The translations under genes were made by a program, and so were the position numbers. 44,197 nt of DNA from a virus: UHGV virus genome UHGV-0105297. The stretch is one strand, 5' to 3'. Positions 8,625 through 17,515 of the stretch are shown here, one piece after another (position 1 is the first letter of the stretch; each line of letters starts with the position of its first letter). The notes beneath the pieces are model-generated. The model was given only the letters and a program-made list of their open reading frames with translations. It was not told the DNA's origin and searched no databases.

Positions 8625-10702
8625 ACAAAGCGCTATCGGCAACCATCACCATTGGCGGTGCCATTTCAAACACTTTAAAGGGTGCATTTAGCACCCTTGA
8701 CAAGTCATTCAATAATATCGGTTCTTCGCTATCAAACCTTGAGAAGAAAAACAAACTTCTTGAGCGATCAATTAATACCTTCGGCAGAGAAGGTAAAAAC
8801 GTTGAATCATTACGTGAAAAATACAAAGCAAACGCCGCCGCAATAGACAGGCTGCGAGAATCATATGAGCAACTTAATGACCTGCGAAACCAGTCAGAAG
8901 AAAATGATGGCGCACTTGATCGCTACAAGGGGCAGATTCTTGAGATTGTCGCGCTGGGGACATCTTTTGCCGCGACAGTAAAACAGGCGATTGATTTTGA
9001 ATCAACAATGGCCGACATCAAAAAGGTTGTTGATTTTACATCGCCTGATGGACTCAAAGAAATGGGTAAAACCATTCTTGATATGTCCAAAGTTCTACCA
9101 ATGACTGCTGACGATATTGGTAAAATTGTTGCCGCTGGTGGTCAGGCCGGTATCGCTACCAAAGAGCTTACCGCGTTTGCAGAATCCGCCATCAAAATGG
9201 GTGTGGCGTTCGATATCAGCGCCGATGAAGCTGGCCAGGCAATGGCAGAAATGCGCGCAGCGTTCCGCATGACGCAGCCGCAAGTAAACGTTCTGGCAGA
9301 TAAAATAAACTACCTGGGCAACAACACAGCCGCATCAGCCAAAGACATCATGGAGATTGTGCAGCGCATCGGGCCTCTGGGCGAAGTAGCTGGCGCTGCT
9401 TCCGGTTCGATTGCGGCTATGGGCGCAACCCTGCGCGGCATGGGCGTGCAGAATGAGATCGCCGCCACCGGCATCAAAAACCTGTTGCTTACCCTGTCAT
9501 CCGGCAAGGCAGCCACCAAAGGACAGGTGGCAGTGTTTAAACAGCTTGGCTACACATCAACGGAAGTGGCCAAATCAATGCAGCTTAACGCCGATGAAAC
9601 GATCCGCGTTATCCTGAAAAAGCTGTCAAAACTGCCGAAGCACGCACAGGCCGCCGCACTGACGCAACTGTTTGGTAAAGAGGTTGTGGGCAGTATCGCC
9701 CCACTGCTGACCAACCTTGACCAGTTGCAAGCCAACCTGGCGCTGGTTGGTGATAAAACCAAATACGCCGGTTCGATGGAAAAAGAATACCAGGCGCGTG
9801 CGGCGACTACCGCAAACAGCCTGATAATTTTCAGAAACCAGATTACTGCTTTGGCAATCACTGTGGGTTCTGTTCTGCTTCCTGCCGTCAACAGTGTGCT
9901 GCAAACGGTAGGGCCGTGGATTGGGCAGGTAACTGACCTTGCATCAAAACACCCGGCAGCAACCAAAGCCATTGTGGCGACGGTTGGAGCGCTGATCACT
10001 TTAAGGCTGGTCACTTTTTCTGTTGGGTATGCGTTCACGTACATGAATAAAATCGTGCTTGGTGTGCGCACAACTCTGGCAGTCATCCGGGCGCAGATGG
10101 TCCTGACATCAGCCACAATGACAACTGCGGCTACAGCGATCAGGATTGTTGGAATGGCGTTCCGATTTGTTGGGCGTAGCATTGTATGGATGGGGCGCAT
10201 GTTACTGCTTAACCCCATAGGCCTGGCCATAACCGCCATCGCCGGTGCGGCATTCCTGATTTATGAAAATTGGGACAAGTTAAAGCCTTGGTTTATCCAG
10301 TTGTGGAAGGACATCACCGACATTTTTGACAAGGCCGTTGGCAAAATCATGGGAATGATTGACGGTATTAAGGGTAAGTGGGATGACTTCAAATCCACCG
10401 TTTCTGACGGTGTTGGCGACGCCTGGCAGAAAACGAAAAACTTTTTCAGCGATCCGTTTGGCACTGATGAACCAGGCAGCAAGCCAGCCGCCGCAGCACC
10501 TGGACTGACGCCACCGCCAGCGCCGCCGATGGCCAACCGTGGTGGCAACACGTACCAGGACAACAGCCAGAACACATACCAAATCAATCAGCGACCTGGT
10601 GAAAGCACTGACGACCTGGCTAAAAAAATTGCAGCAGCACAGGAACGCCAGCGCCAGATCCGGCAGCGCAGCATGATGACTGACGGAGCATATCAGCCAT
10701 GA
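8594..10702 (+). CDS. Tail tape measure protein
   Basis: 702 aa, alpha-helical and Ala/Gly-rich, with C-terminal hydrophobic segments. Position after E/E'. Confidence 0.85.
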   Translation: MRGFPNKMAINKALSATITIGGAISNTLKGAFSTLDKSFNNIGSSLSNLEKKNKLLERSINTFGREGKNVESLREKYKANAAAIDRLRESYEQLNDLRNQSEENDGALDRYKGQILEIVALGTSFAATVKQAIDFESTMADIKKVVDFTSPDGLKEMGKTILDMSKVLPMTADDIGKIVAAGGQAGIATKELTAFAESAIKMGVAFDISADEAGQAMAEMRAAFRMTQPQVNVLADKINYLGNNTAASAKDIMEIVQRIGPLGEVAGAASGSIAAMGATLRGMGVQNEIAATGIKNLLLTLSSGKAATKGQVAVFKQLGYTSTEVAKSMQLNADETIRVILKKLSKLPKHAQAAALTQLFGKEVVGSIAPLLTNLDQLQANLALVGDKTKYAGSMEKEYQARAATTANSLIIFRNQITALAITVGSVLLPAVNSVLQTVGPWIGQVTDLASKHPAATKAIVATVGALITLRLVTFSVGYAFTYMNKIVLGVRTTLAVIRAQMVLTSATMTTAATAIRIVGMAFRFVGRSIVWMGRMLLLNPIGLAITAIAGAAFLIYENWDKLKPWFIQLWKDITDIFDKAVGKIMGMIDGIKGKWDDFKSTVSDGVGDAWQKTKNFFSDPFGTDEPGSKPAAAAPGLTPPPAPPMANRGGNTYQDNSQNTYQINQRPGESTDDLAKKIAAAQERQRQIRQRSMMTDGAYQP

Positions 10703-11106
10703 GTTTTATGTTACCCATTGGGCAGATGAACATCATGATGCAGTTGGGAACCTTCCAGTTCTGCATCCAAACGGCGGTTTATCAGGAACTGATCCGCAAA
10801 AATGAATACAAGTGGCCATCGCAGCACCGTTTTGGTCAGCGTCCATCACGCCAGTTCGTTGGCGTGGGGGATGAAACTATCCAGCTACCGGGCGTCATTT
10901 ACCCTGAATACCGGGGCGGGTTTCAGCAGGTGGAAGCCATGCGCAGAATGGCTGCGCGTGGTCAGCCGCTGCTTCTGGTGGACGGGCTTGGCAAGCTGTG
11001 GGGCCGCTACGTCATCGAGAGCATTGACGAAAAACAATCATTGTTTGCGGCGTTCGGCGCGCCGCGAAAAATGGAATTCAGCATTTCCCTGGCGAGGTTC
11101 GATTAA
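10699..11106 (+). CDS. Tail protein gpU-like
   Basis: 135 aa. Overlapping start. Position T-U-X-D. Confidence 0.6.
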   Translation: MSFMLPIGQMNIMMQLGTFQFCIQTAVYQELIRKNEYKWPSQHRFGQRPSRQFVGVGDETIQLPGVIYPEYRGGFQQVEAMRRMAARGQPLLLVDGLGKLWGRYVIESIDEKQSLFAAFGAPRKMEFSISLARFD

Positions 11107-11321
11107 TGGCCAATCAGACATACGTGACCAGCGACGGCGACACTGTGGATTACATCGCGTGGAAATATTATGGCAACCAGGACGCTGGCACCGTGGAACA
11201 ACTGCTGGAAGCCAACAAAGGCGTGGCCGACATGGGGCCGGAACTGGCAGCCGGTATCACCATCACGCTGCCGGAAATCATCACGCCAGCGACTGAGCAG
11301 GGGATTAAACTGTGGGATTAA
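11106..11321 (+). CDS. Tail protein X-like (small LysM-like tail protein)
   Basis: 71 aa between U and D. 'DTVDYIAWKYYG' resembles the phage tail protein X family. Confidence 0.5.
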   Translation: MANQTYVTSDGDTVDYIAWKYYGNQDAGTVEQLLEANKGVADMGPELAAGITITLPEIITPATEQGIKLWD

Positions 11322-12430
11322 TAGAAGCCATCCGCGTTGCGCCAGCGTACCGCGTGACGGCCAACGGCACGGACATCACCAACAAAATCAATGAACGCCT
11401 GATCACGCTGAACCTGACGGACGGCGTTGGCTATGAATCCGACACGCTGGAAATCTGCCTGGCGGATGATGAACCGGCCAACCCAATCCAGATGCCGGAA
11501 ACCGGCGCAGAAATCGAACTGTTCATGGGTTATGACTTCATCACGCAGCGCATGGGGCTGTTCGTGGTTGATGAGGTCGAGTTATCCGGCTGGCCTGGCC
11601 AGATGAACATCCGCGCCCGCGCCGCGATTTATGACCAGTCGAAAGGCGGCAAAAAAGACCTGCAAACGCAAAAGTCACGTAGCTGGACGTCTGGCACGAA
11701 GTTTGGCGACATGATCAAGCGTATCGCCGACGAACACGGCATGGAATACGCCATTTCGCAGAGCATTGCAGGAATAGCGCTGCCACACATCGACCAGGCT
11801 GACGAATCTGACCTGAACCTGATGCTGCGGGTTGCCAAAAAATATGACGCCGTGGTGAAGCCTTCAGGCGGCAAAATCACGGTCACGAAGCGCGGCGAAG
11901 GCAAGACAGCCAGCGGCGAAGAACTGCCGACCATCACCCTGGATGCCTCGCAGTGCACCGCGTACCGGCTGACCAGCCAGAAGCGCGAGAATGCAGGCAC
12001 AGTGGTGGCGCGTTACCGGCTCACGAAGAAAGGCAGCAACTACGAAGTCAAAGTGGGTGAAGGCGAGCCAGTCAAGCGCATTGGCAAGGCGTACCCGACG
12101 CAGGCACAGGCGCTGGATGCCGCCAAAGCCGAACTGTCCAGGCGCAGCCGCAACCAGGTGACTGTTGCTGTGTCGATGCCGGGTGACCCGACCATTGCCG
12201 CTGAATGCAAACTGGTGCTTACCGGGTTTCGCACCGGCATTGATGGCGAATGGCTGATTACCCGCGCAGATCACCGTTTCGACCCGAACAGCGGCTACAC
12301 CTGCGACGTGGAAGCCACGAAGCCAAACGATGATAAAGAACCTGAAGTGCAAGTGGTCGAACACAAACGGTCAAAGCCTGGCGACTGGAAACCAGAAGAT
12401 GACGGCCCCGGTCATGTAATCACAGAGTAA
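11312..12430 (+). CDS. Tail protein gpD-like (late control D / tail spike-associated)
   Basis: 372 aa. The terminal gene of the P2-type tail cluster, followed by an intergenic region with a 16-bp palindrome. Confidence 0.75.
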   Translation: MGLIEAIRVAPAYRVTANGTDITNKINERLITLNLTDGVGYESDTLEICLADDEPANPIQMPETGAEIELFMGYDFITQRMGLFVVDEVELSGWPGQMNIRARAAIYDQSKGGKKDLQTQKSRSWTSGTKFGDMIKRIADEHGMEYAISQSIAGIALPHIDQADESDLNLMLRVAKKYDAVVKPSGGKITVTKRGEGKTASGEELPTITLDASQCTAYRLTSQKRENAGTVVARYRLTKKGSNYEVKVGEGEPVKRIGKAYPTQAQALDAAKAELSRRSRNQVTVAVSMPGDPTIAAECKLVLTGFRTGIDGEWLITRADHRFDPNSGYTCDVEATKPNDDKEPEVQVVEHKRSKPGDWKPEDDGPGHVITE

Positions 12431-12520
12431 TAACAACAATTGTTGTTGCAATCATCGTAAATCATCGTATATCATTACTTCGAACCCGGCGGATAACCTG
12501 CCGGGAATAAAAACGAGGTA

Positions 12521-13639
12521 ATGCCCATTATGTCTACTCCATTCGAACAAGCCGGTTTTACTGCTGATGACGTTTTTACCATTCGATCAGGTAAATCGCA
12601 TTTCCATTTTAAGCACGGTGACCAGTTCAAACTAAAAGAAGATGACGGCTCATTCTGTCCGTTTTTCCATCAAAAACATGGCTCGCCTTTCGTTGATGGC
12701 GTTGCTGTTTATCTTCGAGATATTGAGCGCGTAGAGCAAAAACCCGAAGGCAAAACCCTGCTGCAAATCATGGCCGAAGAACTGCCGAAGCGTGGAGGCT
12801 GGCCGCAATTTCAACGTGAACTACAGGCCGTGCAGGACGCTGACGGCGAAATTAAGTTCCATTTGACTGATTATCCTTTGTCGTTCCAGCGAAACAAGCC
12901 TGGCAATTGGGGGTCTGATTGCGAAAGCGCATGGCTGTTATGTCAAGTGCGGGATAGTGGCGATTACAAATCTAACCCAAACATTGACTGTGAGACTTTG
13001 GCCAGCGACTACGCCACCGCCATTATCACCCGCGAACAGTACGAAGCCGCGCTGGCAGAACAGGGTATTCATAAGATTAAGTTTGATTGCCGGATTGTAG
13101 GCACTGACGGCTGGATTGATTGGCCAGGTGGTAAGCCACCAGTTGATAACGCTGCTGTGGTGGATCTTAAATTCCGCGGCGGTGAAATCGCTTCCGGTTT
13201 GGAGGCTGGCAAATATTACTGGCCGCACACTGGCTATGAACACGACATCATCGCCTACCGCCTGCACCAGCCGCAGGAAGCAGTACAGGCCAAAGCGGAT
13301 GACGAAGCCGATCTGAATGACTGCATTGGCCAGGCTCCTGCGCCGGTCTATAGCGGCTACGGGGTTCCGCCGGTAGGTGCTGCAATCGAATGGCGCGAAG
13401 GCCGCCGCTGGTATCCGGGAACAGTCACCGCGATTGGTGAACAGTTAATCATCATCAAAGACCAGCATGGCGAAGAAGGTTCTTACAGCCTTGAACATAC
13501 CGATTTCCGCCGGGCAAACTTCGAAGTTGATGAACTGGCCGCAGTAATTGACGCCAGTGACGAAGGTGGCGAATTAATCCCAAGTCATCAGAAAGCAATT
13601 GCCAAACACCTGATTGACGCAGGCTACCGCAAACAATAA
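12521..13639 (+). CDS. Hypothetical protein (372 aa), no recognisable domain; first gene of the cargo region at the P2 'old' hotspot position
   Basis: Clean ORF with RBS GAGG. No catalytic motif I can assign. Occupies the gpD-int variable slot. Confidence 0.5.
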   Translation: MPIMSTPFEQAGFTADDVFTIRSGKSHFHFKHGDQFKLKEDDGSFCPFFHQKHGSPFVDGVAVYLRDIERVEQKPEGKTLLQIMAEELPKRGGWPQFQRELQAVQDADGEIKFHLTDYPLSFQRNKPGNWGSDCESAWLLCQVRDSGDYKSNPNIDCETLASDYATAIITREQYEAALAEQGIHKIKFDCRIVGTDGWIDWPGGKPPVDNAAVVDLKFRGGEIASGLEAGKYYWPHTGYEHDIIAYRLHQPQEAVQAKADDEADLNDCIGQAPAPVYSGYGVPPVGAAIEWREGRRWYPGTVTAIGEQLIIIKDQHGEEGSYSLEHTDFRRANFEVDELAAVIDASDEGGELIPSHQKAIAKHLIDAGYRKQ

Positions 13640-13698
13640 TTGTTCTGGTCGGTGTATTCGCACCGGCTTCATTTAAAATCATTTCAGGTAATTATTTT

Positions 13699-14604
13699 AT
13701 GACGACTATCCGCAAACTTTACGAGTCAAAGCAAATCACTGCGAAGCGCAACAACACTTTTCTGGTGGCTTTCCAGGATTTGTACATGGAGCCGGGTTAC
13801 AACATCCGTGACGGAGAGATTGACCAGGACAGTGTTGACGGCTTTTGTGCGTCGTTCATGGCAGGTGCCTACGTGCCAGCCATTGGCGTGGATATAACTG
13901 ACACCGGCCTGCGTGTGAACGATGGCCAACACCGCTACTTAGGTGCGCAGAAGGCTGTCAGCCAGGGAAAAACGGATCTGATGCTGGAAGTGTATGACGT
14001 TACTGAACTGCCGCCAGCACAACGCATAGGCCGTATGGTTAAAGCCAACGATGGCACGCCTACGTCACCCATTGCCCGTGCCAATGCCTACGCCCGCATG
14101 AAGGCTGAAGGCATGACGAATGACCAGATCGCCAAAGAGGTTCACCGCAGCGCGTCAGACGTTGCCAACTTCCTGGCGCTGGCGGCCTGCCCGGAACACC
14201 TGAAAGAAATGGTGAAGGCTGGCCAGATGTCCTACGTGATGGCCATCGACCTGGCCAAAGAGCATGGCGAGGATGCGCCAGCCGTGGCAGCAGAAGCGCT
14301 GGAAAAGGCCAAAGCCGCTGGCAAAGAGAAGGTGACGAAGAAATTCACCGCGCCTAAAGAGCCGAAGGAACCGAAGGCACCGGCGGAACCAGCAGCACCG
14401 GCCAAACCGAAGGCCAAACCGGTACAGGGTGAATTCACCAAAGACCAGCTGATTCAACTGGCTGACCTGGCCGTGCAGATTGAGCGCGTAGGCAATGACT
14501 GCCTTGACCACTACACCGGCGACCAGTTCACGATCCTGCGCACTTCGGTGCAGACATGGCGCGACCTGTCAGCGCTGATTGATGTCTATCTGGGGGCCAA
14601 ATGA
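13699..14604 (+). CDS. ParB/Srx-fold protein with DGQHR motif (DndB/DUF262-like N-terminal domain) plus HTH and Lys/Pro/Ala-rich linker
   Basis: 'RVNDGQHRYLGA' matches the DGQHR/DGQQR signature of DndB and DUF262 ParB-like NTPase/nuclease domains. A predicted HTH follows ('NDQIAKEVHRSASDVANFLALA'), then a KEPKEPKAPAEPAAPAKPKAKP low-complexity linker. Confidence 0.55.
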   Translation: MTTIRKLYESKQITAKRNNTFLVAFQDLYMEPGYNIRDGEIDQDSVDGFCASFMAGAYVPAIGVDITDTGLRVNDGQHRYLGAQKAVSQGKTDLMLEVYDVTELPPAQRIGRMVKANDGTPTSPIARANAYARMKAEGMTNDQIAKEVHRSASDVANFLALAACPEHLKEMVKAGQMSYVMAIDLAKEHGEDAPAVAAEALEKAKAAGKEKVTKKFTAPKEPKEPKAPAEPAAPAKPKAKPVQGEFTKDQLIQLADLAVQIERVGNDCLDHYTGDQFTILRTSVQTWRDLSALIDVYLGAK

Positions 14605-14888
14605 AAGGCGAACTGAAAGCTGGCGGCCTGGCGCTGGTTTATGGGTTGACCCGTGACATAGAAAAAAATGGCCGATGTGTCACCTTAATTGAAATTGCTA
14701 CAGATATGGAATCCGCGATGGCGTCGGCAAGAAACGGATTGCCGCCAGCTATATGGTGGAGGGTTGCAGGGTTAAATCCTGATGGATTGAGCAGGGTTAT
14801 GGCAAAAAACCTGCTGCCCATCGACGGCGACGACGACCAGGAACCTGACCAACTGGCCAAAGACAAACCCGCCGAACTGACGGCGTAA
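14601..14888 (+). CDS. Hypothetical protein (95 aa), acidic C-terminus
   Basis: ATGA overlap with the preceding gene. No domain recognised. Confidence 0.4.
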   Translation: MKGELKAGGLALVYGLTRDIEKNGRCVTLIEIATDMESAMASARNGLPPAIWWRVAGLNPDGLSRVMAKNLLPIDGDDDQEPDQLAKDKPAELTA

Positions 14889-14897
14889 GGGGAGATT

Positions 14898-15152
14898 GTG
14901 AAGCGACATATTATTACGCTGGTTGTGGCAATATTTTTGACCGGCTGCGACAACCCAAAAAGACAGCCGGAAACTGTTGATCAGGCGTTGCGGCAGCAAA
15001 TCTTCATGGAGTGCCTGCGTACCGTTCCGCAGGGGCCGAAAACCACAGCGAGCAATGATTGGGCAGAGGTAGTGGAACAGTGCGCAGATGCGGCATTGGA
15101 TATGGCCACCACTGCGACCTATTCAAACCGAATTTATAAACGAGACAACTGA
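14898..15152 (+). CDS. Small lipoprotein (84 aa) with signal peptide and lipobox LTGC
   Basis: N-terminus 'MKRHIITLVVAIFLTGC' is a canonical SPII signal plus lipobox. Small prophage lipoproteins in moron positions are often superinfection-exclusion factors. Confidence 0.5.
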   Translation: MKRHIITLVVAIFLTGCDNPKRQPETVDQALRQQIFMECLRTVPQGPKTTASNDWAEVVEQCADAALDMATTATYSNRIYKRDN

Positions 15153-15179
15153 CAGTGCCGGTAAGGCGTAAGGAAATTT

Positions 15180-15515
15180 ATGAACATCAATGAAATTCAG
15201 AAAAAGATCCACGCTCAAAACGTAGAAATGGGATGGTGGGATAAACCGCGCGAAAAAGGCACCTTGCTGATGCTGGTTGTATCAGAGGTTGCAGAAGCGA
15301 TGGAGGGTGAACGCAAAGACCTGATGGACGATCACCTTCCACACCGGAAGATGGCAGAGGTTGAACTGGCTGATGCCGTCATCAGGATTTTGGATTATGC
15401 GGAGGCGTTTGGTTATGATGTTCAATCTGCAATGTTAGAAAAAATCGCGTACAACCGGTCACGCGCCGACCACCAGAAGGAAAACAGAAGCAAGCCTGGA
15501 GGTAAGGCATTCTGA
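15180..15515 (+). CDS. MazG-like nucleoside triphosphate pyrophosphohydrolase (all-alpha NTP-PPase)
   Basis: 111 aa. 'VVSEVAEAMEGERK' is an E-x-x-E-x-x-E metal-binding motif typical of the MazG/HisE fold. RBS AAGGA. Confidence 0.6.
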   Translation: MNINEIQKKIHAQNVEMGWWDKPREKGTLLMLVVSEVAEAMEGERKDLMDDHLPHRKMAEVELADAVIRILDYAEAFGYDVQSAMLEKIAYNRSRADHQKENRSKPGGKAF

Positions 15516-15520
15516 CCAAC

Positions 15521-15546
15521 AGCCCGCCACTTCGGCGGGCTTTTTG
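15521..15546 (+). terminator. Rho-independent terminator (GCCCGCC-ACTTC-GGCGGGC + T5), possibly bidirectional with the tRNA
   Basis: Perfect 7-bp GC stem plus T run directly after the MazG-like gene. Confidence 0.65.
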
Positions 15547-15550
15547 TTGG

Positions 15551-15627
15551 TGGCGACCCCGCCAGGAATCGAACCTGGAACCCCCAGCTTAGAAGGCTGG
15601 TGCTCTATCCGGTTGAGCTACGGGGCC
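15551..15627 (-). tRNA. tRNA-Arg (anticodon UCU), complete 77 nt including encoded CCA
   Basis: The reverse complement folds as: acceptor GGCCCCG/CGGGGUC, D arm GCUC-AACCGGAUA-GAGC, anticodon stem CCAGC/GCUGG with loop CUUCUAA (UCU), variable loop GGGUU, T arm CCAGG-UUCGAUU-CCUGG, discriminator G, CCA. Confidence 0.8.
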
Positions 15628-15668
15628 GTGTAATTATGTGGCGTGATTCAGAGTGTAGCCTTTGCGCT

Positions 15669-15692
15669 ACCATACCCTAAACCATACCCTAA
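15669..15692 (+). promoter_or_regulatory. Tandem 12-bp direct repeat ACCATACCCTAA x2 (candidate integrase arm-type site, P arm)
   Basis: Perfect tandem duplication. A related pair lies ~225 bp downstream, immediately before int. Confidence 0.4.
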
Positions 15693-15892
15693 TCTGTTGC
15701 GCATATCTGCTAAGTGTCTGTAATTCCTCGCATATTAACATTGTTGCAATCCGCTTAGAATGCGGTTACAGTGGCTTAATCGCAGGTCATCAGGAATCAC
15801 GTAAACAGCCACTAAGCCATTGCGTTTAAACGTCATTCTACATCATCCCCGGCTAAGTGCCTGCAATCAGATCACCTTTTGACTTGTGCCGA

Positions 15893-15916
15893 ACCGTACC
15901 CTAAACCGTACCACAA
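15893..15916 (+). promoter_or_regulatory. Tandem 12-bp repeat ACCGTACCCTAA / ACCGTACCACAA (candidate integrase arm-type site, P' arm)
   Basis: Same consensus (ACCRTACCCTAA) as 15669-15692. Ends 16 nt before the int start. Confidence 0.4.
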
Positions 15917-15931
15917 TTTGAGGCATAAGCC

Positions 15932-17143
15932 ATGCTGACAGAGCGCCAGATACAAGCGGCCATGCGCGCCGTGACCAGTGAAACCGTGCTTAACGATGGG
16001 GCCGAAGGGCGTGGCAGCGGCAGCCTGCGCCTGCGCATTCGTGCCGGGGCAAAAGGGCCAGCCGCTATCTGGCAGGCTATCTGGTACGGCGGCGGGAAAC
16101 GCGCCAGTAAGGCCATTGGCCGCTACCCGGATTTGAGCCTGGCAGACGCACGCCGGAAGTATGAAACCGAAGTGCGTGACGTGCTGGCGGCAGGACGTGA
16201 CCCAAACGCAGTGGTTGTGCAGGCCGAAGCGCCAACCGTTGAAAAGATGTTCCAGGCTTACATCCAGTCACTGAAGGACAAAGGCGCAGCCAGATGGGAT
16301 GAATCGGAACGCCTGCTACTGACTGGCAGGCACAACGCCGCCGATGACCTGGGGCGCAACACCGTGGCATCCACCGTGGAACCGGCAGCCATCGCAGACC
16401 TGCTGGCCAAAGGCATCAAGCGAGGCGCACGCCGCACCACCGACATGCAGCGCACAGCTATGGCCGCAGCCTTCAATTGGGCCATGAAGGCAACGCACGA
16501 CTACACGCAGGAACGGCGCATGGATTGGGGCATCAAATATAACCCTGTTGCAGCGGTTCCGCGTGACGCCGGGGCGAACAAGACGCGCGAACGGAACCTG
16601 TCAGCGGAGGAAATGAAGCACGTATGGGCCAGCGCGCCAGACCAGACCGGCGACGTTCTGCGCCTGGTGATGGCCACCGGCCAGCGCGTCATTGAAGTCA
16701 TGCGCGTGGAAGGCGCTGACGTGGATCTGAACGCCAGGCTGTGGACGATGCCAGCCGCAAAGACGAAGGGCCGCAAATCCATGCACCTGGTGCCGCTGCC
16801 TGAACAGGCGGTGGAGATATTCCAGCGGCTGATTGACCTGCACGGCGATGGCTACCTGTTCCCAGCACGCGAGGGCGCAAAGGGTGCCATCATCGGCATT
16901 CCGAGCGTTAGCCGGGCCGCCAGCCGCATGGATGGCATCAAGCGTTTTCAGCCACGCGACTTGCGCCGCACCTGGAAGTCACGCGCCGGTGACGCTGGCA
17001 TTGACCGGTTCACCCGCGACCTGATCCAACAGCACGCGCAGACCGACACCGGCAGCAAACATTATGACCGCTATGACTACCTGCCGCAGATGCGCGAGGC
17101 GATGAATAAGTGGGAAATATGGTTGCGAAATGCTATAGCGTGA
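15932..17143 (+). CDS. int: Tyrosine recombinase / phage integrase
   Basis: 403 aa. N-terminal arm-binding/SAM-like region and a C-terminal catalytic domain with 'R..L...GQR..E' and 'HDLRRTW...G...LI..LLGH'-type motifs ('RDLRRTWKSRAGDAGI'). Adjacent to the tRNA and arm repeats. Confidence 0.85.
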   Translation: MLTERQIQAAMRAVTSETVLNDGAEGRGSGSLRLRIRAGAKGPAAIWQAIWYGGGKRASKAIGRYPDLSLADARRKYETEVRDVLAAGRDPNAVVVQAEAPTVEKMFQAYIQSLKDKGAARWDESERLLLTGRHNAADDLGRNTVASTVEPAAIADLLAKGIKRGARRTTDMQRTAMAAAFNWAMKATHDYTQERRMDWGIKYNPVAAVPRDAGANKTRERNLSAEEMKHVWASAPDQTGDVLRLVMATGQRVIEVMRVEGADVDLNARLWTMPAAKTKGRKSMHLVPLPEQAVEIFQRLIDLHGDGYLFPAREGAKGAIIGIPSVSRAASRMDGIKRFQPRDLRRTWKSRAGDAGIDRFTRDLIQQHAQTDTGSKHYDRYDYLPQMREAMNKWEIWLRNAIA

Positions 17144-17475
17144 TGTAGGATTAAATTGATAGTTTTCGGTGCGACTTTGCGGGTTTTTAGAAACTGACCA
17201 CAAAGATAAATGCAAACGAAGAACGTTTTCTGATGGCGGCGTAATAGCCTAAAATCAGCGGGGTATTCCAGTTCCCTGTAAATGAATCTGGCGCACTGGC
17301 CCGGTGTGATTAATAATGGGCACGCACTATGATGCACTTTTGCGGTTACATCTTCCATCCAGGGTGTTACCTCGCCACCGTGAAAGTGCATCGCAGTGCG
17401 CCGTTCGCACTGATGGAACTTACCCGACAAGTGATTCCAGATAAGGCAGGTGATCCTATCTCCCGCTGCGTGTGG

Positions 17476-17506
17476 TTAGCAGAGCAAAGCCCGGTACGCC
17501 GGGCTT
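17476..17506 (+). terminator. Hairpin terminator (AGCCCGG-TAC-GCCGGGCT + T5) downstream of int; also lies just 3' of the leftward operon
   Basis: GC stem plus T run on the plus strand. Confidence 0.45.
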
Positions 17507-17515
17507 TTTCTTTGG

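Noticed and set aside
9550-10239. 229-aa minus-strand ORF
   Set aside because: Antisense to the tape-measure gene. No RBS. Compositional artefact.
11864-12364. 166-aa minus-strand ORF (and 11629-12000)
   Set aside because: Antisense to gpD. Arg/Gly-rich shadow frame.
15551-15627. tRNA as the bacterial attB / prophage-chromosome junction
   Set aside because: The tRNA is complete and is flanked on both sides by phage genes (MazG on one side, arm repeats and int on the other). With the circular-permutation evidence, it is phage cargo inside attP-proximal DNA rather than host sequence.
16077-16880. Cluster of minus-strand ORFs (16077-16370, 16258-16485, 16501-16782, 16601-16843 and others)
   Set aside because: All lie antisense within the integrase gene and are typical high-GC shadow ORFs.
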